Positions 1-10,567 of a stretch of 64,000 nucleotides of DNA are shown piece by piece. Source of the DNA: a virus (taxonomy: Duplodnaviria > Caudoviricetes); the IMG/VR virus record IMGVR_UViG_3300037455_000173, positions 102,593-166,592 of that record; one strand, written 5' to 3'. The translations under genes were made by a program, and so were the position numbers. Within the stretch, counting starts at the first letter, position 1. The number at the start of each line of letters is the position of its first letter. Below the pieces are notes generated by a model. The model saw nothing but the letters and a program-made list of their open reading frames with translations. It did not search any database and had not been told where the DNA came from.

Positions 1-23
1 ATATATCTAACAGACCTTCTGGA

Positions 24-992
24 TTAATACGGAACAATAATATCAAATCCCTTATCGTACAGAGCCTGCGGGTCGGTCATTTCAGTCGGTGTTGCAGGTA
101 TAGAATATGAATTATGGGTAAAATTCGTATAAACAATAGTTGGGTCATCTCGGTCAGTTACCAGGTCTTTGAAAACACCTTTAGGTGCATTAATCGTAAA
201 TGTACTGCCAGCATCATTAATACGAGTTAGCTTTGCATCAACGACGTTCTGCATAGTAGCGTCATATTGATTTTCTGTTGTTATCGTACAAGCATATCCT
301 TTAGCAGACACAAACTCACCATCGATATAGCAACCAGAGCATGCGAGCGTAGTAGTACCATACGTAGGTGCAGCCGAAGGTATATCGGTAGCATACCAAT
401 TTTCACGTATCCAAGAATAATAGGCGTAAGCACGCTGGTTCGTAAGTTTACGTCGGTCGTTGTTCGTGGCTAAGTCAGATTTAGTATTTTGCACATTGAT
501 AAAGCAAGATTGGAATGTTGTGGTATAGTCTTTCCAGTCGTTACCGTAGGTTAGTTGAGCTTCACGTCTTCCGACAAATCTACATCTGTAGAAATAGACT
601 TGCTGATGGTCACTATGCATACTACCGGTCGGATGGTTCTGGAATACGAAATAATGATTACCTAATATTAATAGATTTCTCCAGTCAATATCGTAGAAAT
701 TATAACAAATTCTACTATTGCCTGTTAGCGACAGATTAAATATATTACCGGGATTGATTATACTATTCCTTAGATTGCGGATTTCATAACCATGACCGTA
801 GATATTAACATATCGCACTGTAGTCTCGCTTAATCCCTCCATCAAGGCAACACCAGTAGTACCTTCAGGTATAGCCTCATTGCAATCTATATTGTTCATT
901 AGGTGAATATCTATCTGATATTCACCAGCTATATTGGTAGAAATAGCAGTTTCAAATTCAGTCCATGTGCTCACATTAATTGTCGTTGCCAT
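24..992 (-). CDS. Putative tail/receptor-binding (adhesin-like) protein
   Basis: 322 aa, RBS GGAGG. The N-terminal 'IHLMNNIDC...IYGHGYEIRNL' pattern resembles beta-helix adhesin starts. Lies directly downstream of the tail-fibre genes. Confidence 0.45.
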   Translation of the reverse strand: MATTINVSTWTEFETAISTNIAGEYQIDIHLMNNIDCNEAIPEGTTGVALMEGLSETTVRYVNIYGHGYEIRNLRNSIINPGNIFNLSLTGNSRICYNFYDIDWRNLLILGNHYFVFQNHPTGSMHSDHQQVYFYRCRFVGRREAQLTYGNDWKDYTTTFQSCFINVQNTKSDLATNNDRRKLTNQRAYAYYSWIRENWYATDIPSAAPTYGTTTLACSGCYIDGEFVSAKGYACTITTENQYDATMQNVVDAKLTRINDAGSTFTINAPKGVFKDLVTDRDDPTIVYTNFTHNSYSIPATPTEMTDPQALYDKGFDIIVPY

Positions 993-1005
993 CTCACATA
1001 CCTCC

Positions 1006-3009
1006 TCATTCTATGTATTCTATTCCCTCAGGAATACCTACTTCTGTTATGTTCAGATTACCGTCCATTAGAACATTAGCTACATGAGTTATCGGAGTAC
1101 CATCAACCTCAGCTAACAGCATTGGCTTAGTAATCGAACCTTTATAGTAGATTGGCTCATTGTTCGACGCAATCAGATAATCATCTGTAGTAGTGGCATC
1201 GAAATATTCTACTTCCTTGAAACCAGCACCTACTAAAAATGCATGAACATTAGACAGTGTAGCTGGTCCCTGAGCTGTTATTACAATTCTAGAACGAGCA
1301 CCTGATAATTGAATAGTATCGGTTATCGTTACCATCTTATCGGTTAGGGAAGTAACCGGAATTGTATGAGCACTTGCAGTTTCAGCACTACCGGTAGTCT
1401 GGTCAATAATTATGCGTAAATTACCTAAATCTGCACCTTGAACTCTAAATGTTAGCGTAAACTCTACATCTACAGCTGAAGACATACCTTGTACTGCTAT
1501 CCTACCAATAGACTTTACAAGGTTACTAACCTGATTAATCGGATTAGTATCGAACACTATTAAGGTAGGACCTAGCATCAATATATTACATGAGAACAGA
1601 TTTTCATCTTCTACCGACGTAGCAGTTACCTTTAGACACTCAGCAGACTCATCACTACCTATGGTTAACAAACCAGTGTTCGATAGAGTTGTCTGTTCGC
1701 TAAGGGCACCGTCTAGACTCCAGGTTACATCTGTAGAATACGTACCGCTACCGGTAACTGTTGCTATATTCTGAACTGTACCGTCCTGTAATAACTCAGA
1801 AGTTACAACTACAGACGTAACCATATTATTAAGGGCACCTCTAAAAAGAACAGCAGTAGTGCTAACCTCAGCATCTTCTGCTGATGTAGCTGTGACATAT
1901 AACCAGTCTGAGTGGTCATTTTGAGCTACGGTCAGCAAACCATCATCAGAAATAGATGTATCTGAGCCAGGAGTTTGATTTGAGACAGACCAGTCTACGT
2001 CTTGACTTACACCGTCATCACCACGTACGATACCTCGGAACTGTAATGTACTCTCGTCTATAGATTTACCACTTACTGCTATTCCCTGTGGTATAGGCTT
2101 AAGGAATTCTTTTACTTCTTCATTTGGCATTATAGCGCGAACAGATATTCTCCATTCTAGAATCATAGATTGATTATGACTTAGATACATTACATCTTCT
2201 TCTGTAGGTACTCTAAATCCAGCAAGCATAGTATGTAGTCCGTCTGGTTCAAAGTTGCTACGCTCATATAGACCAAACTCTGAAATAGCAACTCGTTCTA
2301 GTTGAGGACCTACAGGAGTTACCGTGTCTGTCATTGTTATAGGGTCAAATGTGTGTTTCTGAGGTGTTAATAGTTTATTAACCCACTTTGGTGATGCATA
2401 TGAATAGAATATTACTGCTGATGAATAACCGTCTATACCGAAGTCTCTATCAGACGCATTGTCCGACACAACATCAGCTCTCAGAATAGGAAGTCTTGAT
2501 AGTGGCTCCCAGCCTTGTTCAAGCCATTCTTGTTCTGTACCTGGTTCAATAGCCGAACATAATTCACCTTCAAACCTAGGTTCATCAGGAGTATCAGGTG
2601 TTCCCCAGCCATATTCTGGATTCCAGAAATAGGGATTTCTACCTTCATCGTCTATTATCTTAGTTCCACATACGTCAGTCAAAGCTAATGAAGTAGATTC
2701 AAACCAAGGGCGAGTTCTATCTTTTGATTCGGGCCTAAGCTCTGAGAATTGTGGTTCGAACTCGCATGCGCCTGTATTTCCTTGTCTGGTTATTCCCATA
2801 GTACCCAAACTCATGTAATTAGGTCTACCGACGCCTCGTATATATGAACTGTCAGCTCCGGTAAGATAATTACATATACCCTGAGTTAACAGACGAGTAG
2901 CTGTATTCTTAAATAACTTTTGCTGAACTACACACTTACCTTCGACGATTGTTACCTTAACATTAGACTCGATTTTTGCATGAACATGGGGATTCATCTT
3001 ATCTATCAT
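1006..3009 (-). CDS. Tail fibre protein (tail-collar-type N-domain plus Ig-like repeats)
   Basis: 'ISEFGLYE...TMLAGF' tail-collar-like motif and two Ig-like repeats (DVxWS...GLLTV/I). Paralogous to 3052..4818. Confidence 0.65.
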   Translation of the reverse strand: MIDKMNPHVHAKIESNVKVTIVEGKCVVQQKLFKNTATRLLTQGICNYLTGADSSYIRGVGRPNYMSLGTMGITRQGNTGACEFEPQFSELRPESKDRTRPWFESTSLALTDVCGTKIIDDEGRNPYFWNPEYGWGTPDTPDEPRFEGELCSAIEPGTEQEWLEQGWEPLSRLPILRADVVSDNASDRDFGIDGYSSAVIFYSYASPKWVNKLLTPQKHTFDPITMTDTVTPVGPQLERVAISEFGLYERSNFEPDGLHTMLAGFRVPTEEDVMYLSHNQSMILEWRISVRAIMPNEEVKEFLKPIPQGIAVSGKSIDESTLQFRGIVRGDDGVSQDVDWSVSNQTPGSDTSISDDGLLTVAQNDHSDWLYVTATSAEDAEVSTTAVLFRGALNNMVTSVVVTSELLQDGTVQNIATVTGSGTYSTDVTWSLDGALSEQTTLSNTGLLTIGSDESAECLKVTATSVEDENLFSCNILMLGPTLIVFDTNPINQVSNLVKSIGRIAVQGMSSAVDVEFTLTFRVQGADLGNLRIIIDQTTGSAETASAHTIPVTSLTDKMVTITDTIQLSGARSRIVITAQGPATLSNVHAFLVGAGFKEVEYFDATTTDDYLIASNNEPIYYKGSITKPMLLAEVDGTPITHVANVLMDGNLNITEVGIPEGIEYIE

Positions 3010-3051
3010 GATACTCCTCCTTTCTTAATAAATTATATGAAAATCTGTCGA

Positions 3052-4818
3052 TTATAGTTGAACTCTCTCAATAAATGCACCGTAGACATACGAATTTACA
3101 GCTGGTACTGATACGTCACCCTCGACAGTAATGCTAAGATTATGAACGGTACTCTCAGCTACGAAAGGCATTCTTATATTAATATCATAGGACATATCCG
3201 CTACTAATTCTCTTTCGAAACTACCTAAGATACTACTACCATCTCTAAGCTGAATAGTTATAGTCTGAACACTATATGAATTCACGGTCATTACCAATCC
3301 TGCGATGCAGGTAGTATCTCGCAGTGCATTAATAGATACATCACCAACCGTTACTGGTGATACACTAGGTTGACTTGTAGGGTGCGGTGTAAAAGGAATA
3401 GTCTTAGCTAATAATGTTATCGTATTTTTACCAAATACAGTCTCATCCATGACAGACGTACCGAAAACATAGAATACATCTGCATCCTCGTCTAATCCTA
3501 TATGTAAATGACCAGATTCATCAATCTCTGTGCTTGCACTATTATTACCCTGAACTGACCAAATTACGTCCTGAGAATACTCACCTTTTCCGTAGACGTC
3601 AGCAGTAAAGGTTGCTTCTTGATAATTTAAAGGTGTACCGTCGACTGCTATAGCATACGCAAAGTTATTCTTTAACATCGGGAATACAGTAGTTCTTGCC
3701 AATATCGATGGTGTAGCTTTTGCTATAGCAGCTATTTCAAGATTAGAGGCTTCTGCATTAGCTACGGTTAGAACACCATCGATTAGTGTAGTTTCAGGCG
3801 AGGTGTGACCAGATAGTGTCCAGATAACTTCTTGACTAGGTTCAAAGTCACCTATAATAGTTTGTGTGAAATCAACCACATTAATAGAAGGTGCGACCGC
3901 TTCAAGCCTAATCTTATCACGAACAGGGTGTATGTCTAAAACCTTAGTAGCTACCTCATAAGGCATTAGTGCTCTAACAGATACTGTCCATTCTATCAGA
4001 ATAGTCTCACCGTCTGTAATATAGACAATGTCTTCTTTAGACGGTACTCTGAAGCCAGCCAACATCGTTTCCAAACCGTGAGGGTCTAGATTACTCTTCT
4101 CATATAAACCGAATTCTGAAATAGCAATTCTATTAAGTTGGGGACCGTACTCAGGGTGGAATAGCTGATGTACCCAATCTGCAGAGGCATGACCATAGAA
4201 TACAGCTTGAGAAAAATAACCGTCTGTACCGTAATCCCAGTCCGACGGGCAATCTGAAAATATATCAACACGTTGAATAGGTATACGTTCTATCGGTATC
4301 CAAGTTTCTTTGGGTTTACCGTGTTCATCCAGACTGGTATCAGGCTTTCTACTAGAACATAATTCACCTTGGAATATAGGTTCAAAAGACGACTCATCAT
4401 CCCAGGTATCATCACCCCAACCGCGATTAGGTTTCCAGAAATGAGTTACAAATCCGTCGTCATCGTACACAGCAGGTTTATCTGTTCTAGTTAAACCTAA
4501 CGATGTAGAGTCATACCAAGGGCGAGTAGTAACATTTTCTACATAATCTTTAGATGCGAAATCAGGAGTTAATATAGCATCTTGGAACTCATTCTGCATA
4601 GCTATACCCATGGTTCCTATACCCATGTAATTAGGTCTACCCTTACCTCGTCTATATGAGTTTTCTGCACCAGCAATGTAGCTACAGATAGATTCGGTCA
4701 TAAGTCGTGTAGCTGTATTCTTAAAATGATGTTCTGATACGACATTACCGTCTCTTAATACCTGAACCTTAACATTCATATCCACTCTAGCTTTATCAAT
4801 TTCTGGCACAAACGTCAC
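3052..4818 (-). CDS. Tail fibre protein, paralogue of 1006..3009
   Basis: Shares FKNTATRL, GRPNYM, GELCS, AISEFGLYE and TMLAGFRVP motifs with 1006..3009. Has Ig-like repeats. Confidence 0.65.
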   Translation of the reverse strand: MTFVPEIDKARVDMNVKVQVLRDGNVVSEHHFKNTATRLMTESICSYIAGAENSYRRGKGRPNYMGIGTMGIAMQNEFQDAILTPDFASKDYVENVTTRPWYDSTSLGLTRTDKPAVYDDDGFVTHFWKPNRGWGDDTWDDESSFEPIFQGELCSSRKPDTSLDEHGKPKETWIPIERIPIQRVDIFSDCPSDWDYGTDGYFSQAVFYGHASADWVHQLFHPEYGPQLNRIAISEFGLYEKSNLDPHGLETMLAGFRVPSKEDIVYITDGETILIEWTVSVRALMPYEVATKVLDIHPVRDKIRLEAVAPSINVVDFTQTIIGDFEPSQEVIWTLSGHTSPETTLIDGVLTVANAEASNLEIAAIAKATPSILARTTVFPMLKNNFAYAIAVDGTPLNYQEATFTADVYGKGEYSQDVIWSVQGNNSASTEIDESGHLHIGLDEDADVFYVFGTSVMDETVFGKNTITLLAKTIPFTPHPTSQPSVSPVTVGDVSINALRDTTCIAGLVMTVNSYSVQTITIQLRDGSSILGSFERELVADMSYDINIRMPFVAESTVHNLSITVEGDVSVPAVNSYVYGAFIERVQL

Positions 4819-4840
4819 CTCCTTTCTGTTAGACTTAACA

Positions 4841-6163
4841 TCATCTATTCAATTTTTTATTTATAGCCTGCACTTCTTTAAGTATCTTTTCAAATACATC
4901 AAGTGCTTCCTCAGGTGTAGGTTCTTCCTTATTCACAGGTTGAACAGCTGCTTCCTTAGCATCATCCTTAGTAGTATCATAGTCAGAAGACTTAAAGCCA
5001 TTAAATCCGTTCTCTTTGATAACAGCAAAATCTGTATATGCATAGTCCTTATCAACCATACCTGAAATGCCAGGAACAGTTCCACGACTACTATACTGCC
5101 AAAGAACTTTTTCACCGGTGTAGCCACAAGTACCAGAATCCCAATCAGCTACCCACTGAACGTATCTTTGTTTATTGTTATCATTGATATAATTCTTATA
5201 TCCATTTGTATTACAATAAACACCAACGAAGTAGCCAGCCTGTTCTAGAATCCCGCAGAATGCAGGTATAATCTGATTGATAAGTGTAGACACATTACCT
5301 TTCTTAGCAAGAATCGGAATGTGGTCATCTTCTAGAACATCATAGAATATAGGCAGTTCGAACTGTTTACCCTTTAGATGCTCTAGACAAGCATACGCTT
5401 CTTCTCTAGCTTCTTCTACAGAGTCAGCATAGCAATACCAATAAGCACCCATAGGCTTCTTCTGCTTCTTAAAGCCTTTATAATTAGCTTCAAAAGTCTT
5501 ATCTACCTGTGATGCGAGTTTGCCATAACCAGCTCTTACAACTACAAAGTCAACTGCTTTTGCTGTCTTGGCAAAATCGATATCACCCTGCCACTGAGAA
5601 ACGTCAATACCGCATAGCTTAACGATTTCGGGGTTTGCTTTGTTGGTTTTGCGGGTAATACCATAATACGACCAGAAGTCGTCTGTAATGGTATTCGTAC
5701 CATATACCTCGTTTCCAAACCACTTATAAGACCTACCCGCAGCATTCTTACGGTCTTTCGTATCACAATGTGTATAGATATAAGCTGAAGTAATATTAGA
5801 TATGCCACGGAATCCTATCTCCTGAGCTGCACAACATACCAGCTTACTGCTTATAGGTTTACCGTCCTCATCGTAGCAGCATATGTCTGCTGCTAAACCG
5901 TCTACGTGAGGTCCTGAACCATATCCTCCTACAGACTTATCATGCTTAGAACAACGATAGCCCGATGTTACAATGATTTTAGATACCTTAATATCGAACA
6001 ATTCAGGAATCTTAGTAAACAGTGCTTCTAGTCCACGAACTAATTCATCGTCGACTAGATACTCATGATTACCAGAATCTTTACATCTGAATTCCGAAGA
6101 ATTAAAATGTTCAGTCAACTGAATTGCATCTTTATAAGCATATTTTCTAATCATAGAGACCAC
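4841..6163 (-). CDS. Endolysin: peptidase M15 domain plus GH25 muramidase
   Basis: M15 motifs 'HFNSSEFRCK', 'TSGYRC..H', 'H..GLAADI' and 'HCD'. GH25 motifs 'GIDVSQWQG', 'GAYWY' and 'WQYSS.G.VPGI...VD.D'. Confidence 0.85.
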   Translation of the reverse strand: MVSMIRKYAYKDAIQLTEHFNSSEFRCKDSGNHEYLVDDELVRGLEALFTKIPELFDIKVSKIIVTSGYRCSKHDKSVGGYGSGPHVDGLAADICCYDEDGKPISSKLVCCAAQEIGFRGISNITSAYIYTHCDTKDRKNAAGRSYKWFGNEVYGTNTITDDFWSYYGITRKTNKANPEIVKLCGIDVSQWQGDIDFAKTAKAVDFVVVRAGYGKLASQVDKTFEANYKGFKKQKKPMGAYWYCYADSVEEAREEAYACLEHLKGKQFELPIFYDVLEDDHIPILAKKGNVSTLINQIIPAFCGILEQAGYFVGVYCNTNGYKNYINDNNKQRYVQWVADWDSGTCGYTGEKVLWQYSSRGTVPGISGMVDKDYAYTDFAVIKENGFNGFKSSDYDTTKDDAKEAAVQPVNKEEPTPEEALDVFEKILKEVQAINKKLNR

Positions 6164-6233
6164 CCTTTCCGTATCTTTAGGTTTATAACCTGTTAGTCTA
6201 TTATACGAATTACCATCATAACTTTAATAAAAA

Positions 6234-6293
6234 TGCGTAAATGCGCGCATGATATTATGTACATAGTACACCATCACGCGTAGCATTTACGCA
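6234..6293. terminator. Long imperfect hairpin (terminator or RNA-processing site)
   Basis: TGCGTAAATGC (6234-6244) pairs with GCATTTACGCA (6283-6293), with further inner pairing. Confidence 0.55.
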
Positions 6294-6329
6294 CAACAGA
6301 AAGGGTATTACAAATGATTTGTAAGCATA

Positions 6330-7883
6330 TTAAGGAACATAATCTTCTGGATGCTCTTCTTCGTCATTGGTCTTCTTAATCCAATAAGCATCATCACCTG
6401 TAGGTGAATCATTAGTTTCTGGGTCATAAGGAACGGGATTCCTATCGACTGCTTTCTTACCAGAAATAAGAACATCTTGAGCACCTGTAATTTCTGAGTT
6501 ATCCTCGTCATCTACAGTGAATAGGTTAATCATTAGGTTCTTATTAGTACCGTCGTCACCGTCACCAGGTGTATCGATAGTAGGTGTATTCAGTCCCTTC
6601 CAAGGAGTCTCAAGATAATTATCTCTTTGCTGAGTATAGCGTTGTGGGTCTTGATAAATCGGATAGCCAGCATCTGAACTTGTTTCTGGCGGTAATGTAA
6701 TGTCATCTATATCTTCATATACTCTTCCAGCTACCGGGAACTGACCTGTATGGTCTGGATAAGGAAGTGGCATAGAACTTGTCGTATATTTTGCATTACC
6801 TAACTCTTGAATAGATTTAGGTTCATCAGCTTCGTCGGGACCGTAGCTGAAGTCCTGAGTTCCTCTAATAATATTCGGATTATACAAAGAATCACCTATC
6901 TTCATACCTAACATACCAGGTACATTCTGCTGTATGTCTTGATAGATATTAAGTAGTTCGTCGTGGTCATAATACAGAAATTTACCTTCGATGTGATATA
7001 CCGGTTTGGTAAAGTACTCATGTGTGAGCTTTCCAGCAAGTTGAGAGTGGTATAATGTACGTATCCACGGCTCTACAGCTAAATCATCACTGCCATCTTC
7101 TAACCTAGCAAACAATAATCGGTCATATTCATGTAACATAGTAGCGTTAGGAACACCCACTACACCGTTTCTACTGTTTCTTTCCATTCTAGGTATAACT
7201 ACCGATTTAACCGTCATATCGGTGTATGGATTAGCTTTCTGTGCTACCATTGGCAGTAGATACATACCAACAGGTCTTACATACTCTTGGAGATAAGCTA
7301 AGTCTAGCAAACGACGCATTCTTTCCTCATAGTTCTTTTGCTTAGCTTCTTCGTCCATATCTGAAGTAATCTTAGGAAAGTAATCACTTGCAATTACGAA
7401 CAGATATATAATATGAGCGTCATGGTCTACGTCAATCCACGTCTTGGATATATCTATAGATTCATGATAGTTCATCGGAATTTGCTTACCAGCGTCTGGG
7501 TCATGTTCTACCTTACGAATACCAGTTGGGACAGTGTCGTCGTAGACATAATAGAAATCAGGATACGTCTGTCTATAACGTATGTCGATAGCTGCTGCGT
7601 TAGCTATACCTGTAGCACTACCTCTATATCTAATCAGATTACGAATAAAGTTCTTTAGAACTACTCGGTTATACATAACCGACTTTAATTCCTGGTAATC
7701 AAAACCGATATGCTCTGCCAGCTCAGGTAATAGGTTTCTAGGACAATGTTCAGGAGAATAACAATCTAGAATATGATTAGTGTAATATTCCAATAATTCA
7801 TGTTCTATATCAAAGAACCTACACATAGCACGCATATCCGCACTTTGTTCGTATATGTTCGGAATCATGCGTTCACATTTCAT
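6330..7883 (-). CDS. Baseplate wedge protein (P2 gpI-like N-terminus)
   Basis: 'PEHCPRNLLPELAEHIG...RYRGSATGI' motif. Follows the J-like gene. Confidence 0.7.
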   Translation of the reverse strand: MKCERMIPNIYEQSADMRAMCRFFDIEHELLEYYTNHILDCYSPEHCPRNLLPELAEHIGFDYQELKSVMYNRVVLKNFIRNLIRYRGSATGIANAAAIDIRYRQTYPDFYYVYDDTVPTGIRKVEHDPDAGKQIPMNYHESIDISKTWIDVDHDAHIIYLFVIASDYFPKITSDMDEEAKQKNYEERMRRLLDLAYLQEYVRPVGMYLLPMVAQKANPYTDMTVKSVVIPRMERNSRNGVVGVPNATMLHEYDRLLFARLEDGSDDLAVEPWIRTLYHSQLAGKLTHEYFTKPVYHIEGKFLYYDHDELLNIYQDIQQNVPGMLGMKIGDSLYNPNIIRGTQDFSYGPDEADEPKSIQELGNAKYTTSSMPLPYPDHTGQFPVAGRVYEDIDDITLPPETSSDAGYPIYQDPQRYTQQRDNYLETPWKGLNTPTIDTPGDGDDGTNKNLMINLFTVDDEDNSEITGAQDVLISGKKAVDRNPVPYDPETNDSPTGDDAYWIKKTNDEEEHPEDYVP

Positions 7884-7896
7884 AGCTCACACCTCC

Positions 7897-9885
7897 TTAT
7901 TCCTTAATAATGCATTCTTTAGCAACGCTAATCTGAGACACAGGTGAATTAAGATAATGTGCAGTATCTCCATCGATAAATCTAGCAAAACTAATAGCAT
8001 TGAAGTATGCTATGTCATAGGTTATAGACGAATCGGTAACTTTACCGTCTCCGTCACGTACCGGTCCCCAATTTATCATTGGCTTATTCAGTAAACCAGC
8101 ATCAAAGTACCTAATACGTGAATCACATTGCTGAACACAATCTACAACATCCATCATTCTGGGAAGTACACCTATCTCCATATTAGAAGCGTGGAAACGA
8201 ATACGCAGTGCTTTGAGTACTACCTGTACGATATTGTCTGCTTCAGACTGTGATACTGGTTCATTTGTCCAGATAATGCCGTTTACAGACCATTCGAATA
8301 CACGAAGCCAACCGAATGATATATCAGCTGTTAGGTTATATGTTCCTAGATACTTCTGTACAATCATTGACCTAATCGTCTCAGACGGTCTATATCTACG
8401 ATAAGGCCTACCCTTATCAATCATCTCATTACTCCACTCAGAAGCGTCGCCTTCCCACTCACCTGTACCGCTAATCATGCATTGCTTTCCATCAGCATTT
8501 TTATAGCCCGTACTCCAGGTATCTAGGAAGTTATTAAAGATGCAATAGTACAGCAAAGAAGCTGTCTGGAATTTATGTGGGAATTCATATACCTGATTAC
8601 CTAGTGTGAACATAGTACCGGTTAATGGGTCATACTCGTCGTCTTCTACCCAACCAGGGAAATCATATCCACCATTAATATCTTTACCGGGATATAGATA
8701 TTTCTTAGGTTTAAGTGACTCGTCCATATCCTCATCGAACTTATAAGCCCAGTTAATTTCAAGAGCCTTCTGGCAATCTATAGCTACACCCGCATCGATA
8801 CCAGGTTGTCTGTTTATCCAAGCAGTAAAGTTAGGCAGTGTGATTATAGAGTCATGCGTATTAGCATAAAGTTTTGCTTCCTTTGCAGCTTCTGATGCGG
8901 TTAATGGTGTTTTACCGGTTAAGGCAGAGCCGTCTGCCATATCCAATGTATTAGCCGGGTGCGTTACGCCTAATACTTGTGCCACAGCACTGTCTACCGT
9001 AGACAATGATATTACATTCTCAGAAACTTCACCAGCTGCACCGTATGTTTCTATATAATAAACTCTGATAAGTCTGTTATATTGGATAACATCATTAATA
9101 AACCTGTTAAATACCAGAATTAGATTGTTATAGTCATCTACCGATACCTGATAACGTCTTTGGGTAGAGTCAATAAAATCATTCTTAGTATCTCTTAGCC
9201 ACGGTTTTTCCTTTGCTGTAAACTTTACAGGGTCCAGTGTAGATGTCAACTCTTGTACCCAGATTAACGTACCATCAACGTTCTGAGCAGGAAGGCGGTA
9301 TGTAAGTGTATTGACACCTTTCGTTCCGTCTACCATCATTCTAGGATTTATAATAACAGATTTAAGTGTGCCTTGAACAGCCATACGGGTTACAATATCG
9401 GTACGCTGTTTTGTACCGGATTTGCTACCCTTAGGTTGTATAGTTACAACGTCATCGTCTGTTATTACTTCTGATTTAGGAATTATAAAGTATGGAATAG
9501 AAGTCAAATCCTCTAATGCATTAGTAGAAGCATAGCATACATTATTAGGCGCGTCCGGTAGCCTAAAATCTAACGCTACCGTAGCGTCTGTGGATTGATT
9601 TTCTATCGTTATAGTTGTCCTAGGAGCTCTGTACCAACCTGGTACATAACCGTTTGCAACACAGATACGCCGTATACTCTTTATCTGCGTTGCAGACTGT
9701 AGATACATTTCATCAACCTGTGTATCTAGATTGAATGAAAGTAGGTCTACATTAGCAGAAAGAGCTTTTAGTAGTATCATACCTGGGTCGGACTCTGAAC
9801 CAGGATTCCAGATGTGGGTATCAGCCTTAACATCTTCAATTAAATTCTGGATATTAGACTGAGCATCTCTACTGGTGTATTTCAT
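7897..9885 (-). CDS. Baseplate wedge protein (gpJ/T4 gp6-like)
   Basis: 'YTSRD...SESDPGMILL...LSFNLD...EMYLQSA' and 'YYIETYGAAG' motifs. Confidence 0.8.
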   Translation of the reverse strand: MKYTSRDAQSNIQNLIEDVKADTHIWNPGSESDPGMILLKALSANVDLLSFNLDTQVDEMYLQSATQIKSIRRICVANGYVPGWYRAPRTTITIENQSTDATVALDFRLPDAPNNVCYASTNALEDLTSIPYFIIPKSEVITDDDVVTIQPKGSKSGTKQRTDIVTRMAVQGTLKSVIINPRMMVDGTKGVNTLTYRLPAQNVDGTLIWVQELTSTLDPVKFTAKEKPWLRDTKNDFIDSTQRRYQVSVDDYNNLILVFNRFINDVIQYNRLIRVYYIETYGAAGEVSENVISLSTVDSAVAQVLGVTHPANTLDMADGSALTGKTPLTASEAAKEAKLYANTHDSIITLPNFTAWINRQPGIDAGVAIDCQKALEINWAYKFDEDMDESLKPKKYLYPGKDINGGYDFPGWVEDDEYDPLTGTMFTLGNQVYEFPHKFQTASLLYYCIFNNFLDTWSTGYKNADGKQCMISGTGEWEGDASEWSNEMIDKGRPYRRYRPSETIRSMIVQKYLGTYNLTADISFGWLRVFEWSVNGIIWTNEPVSQSEADNIVQVVLKALRIRFHASNMEIGVLPRMMDVVDCVQQCDSRIRYFDAGLLNKPMINWGPVRDGDGKVTDSSITYDIAYFNAISFARFIDGDTAHYLNSPVSQISVAKECIIKE

Positions 9886-10280
9886 TTAACCTGACCTCCT
9901 TGCGTTTCATCCCACGACCACTCTATTGTTCCAGCAATCTCTTCATAATTCTTGTCCAGTACAAGAACTACCTGAAGTTTAACATGGTTACCTTCTGACT
10001 GGTCAGTGATTTTAATCTGTCGAGAATCTACATAAGGTTCGAACTCTGAAATGGCATTTATTATGTTCTCCTTAGCTTTCTCGATTATAGTAGCTGTATT
10101 ATAGCTTAGTAATATATCAGGAAAATATGAACCATAATTTGGAAACATAAATTCTTCCTGTTTATATGATTGTATCAATAAACCAACACGATTTACGATA
10201 CTAGCATAATCCTCTTTCAAGTCACAATTACCAGTAGCTGCATTAAATAAATTAGGATAGGCAAATGAATTTGTGAACAT
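9882..10280 (-). CDS. Baseplate gp25/gpW-like protein
   Basis: 'FMFPNYGS...AISEFEPYV' motif, size and synteny. Confidence 0.8.
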   Translation of the reverse strand: MFTNSFAYPNLFNAATGNCDLKEDYASIVNRVGLLIQSYKQEEFMFPNYGSYFPDILLSYNTATIIEKAKENIINAISEFEPYVDSRQIKITDQSEGNHVKLQVVLVLDKNYEEIAGTIEWSWDETQGGQVK

Positions 10281-10282
10281 AC

Positions 10283-10567
10283 TTATCCCTCCTCATAGAC
10301 ACCACCATAAAATCCTACAATGGTAAATTTATCGTTCGGGTCTTCAGAATCTAGCACATAGACGACATCGTTTACCCTAAGTCCTTGTAGATGATAAGGA
10401 ATGTCTGCATCTTCTAATGCATCTGTAGGTGGTCGATTTGGTAACAGATTTCTCATAAAATCTGTTTTATACGCTGATATACCTAAACCATCAAGATTAG
10501 GTATACGCACCTTACACGTATTTTCTTCCCAGTCGATACTCTCGACATAACCAATATACCTAATCAT
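10283..10567 (-). CDS. Short baseplate spike (gpV/gp5 OB-fold only)
   Basis: 'GYVESID....CKVRIP' and 'LRVNDVVYV...IVGF' OB-fold motifs. Lies between the hub and gp25 genes. Confidence 0.6.
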   Translation of the reverse strand: MIRYIGYVESIDWEENTCKVRIPNLDGLGISAYKTDFMRNLLPNRPPTDALEDADIPYHLQGLRVNDVVYVLDSEDPNDKFTIVGFYGGVYEEG

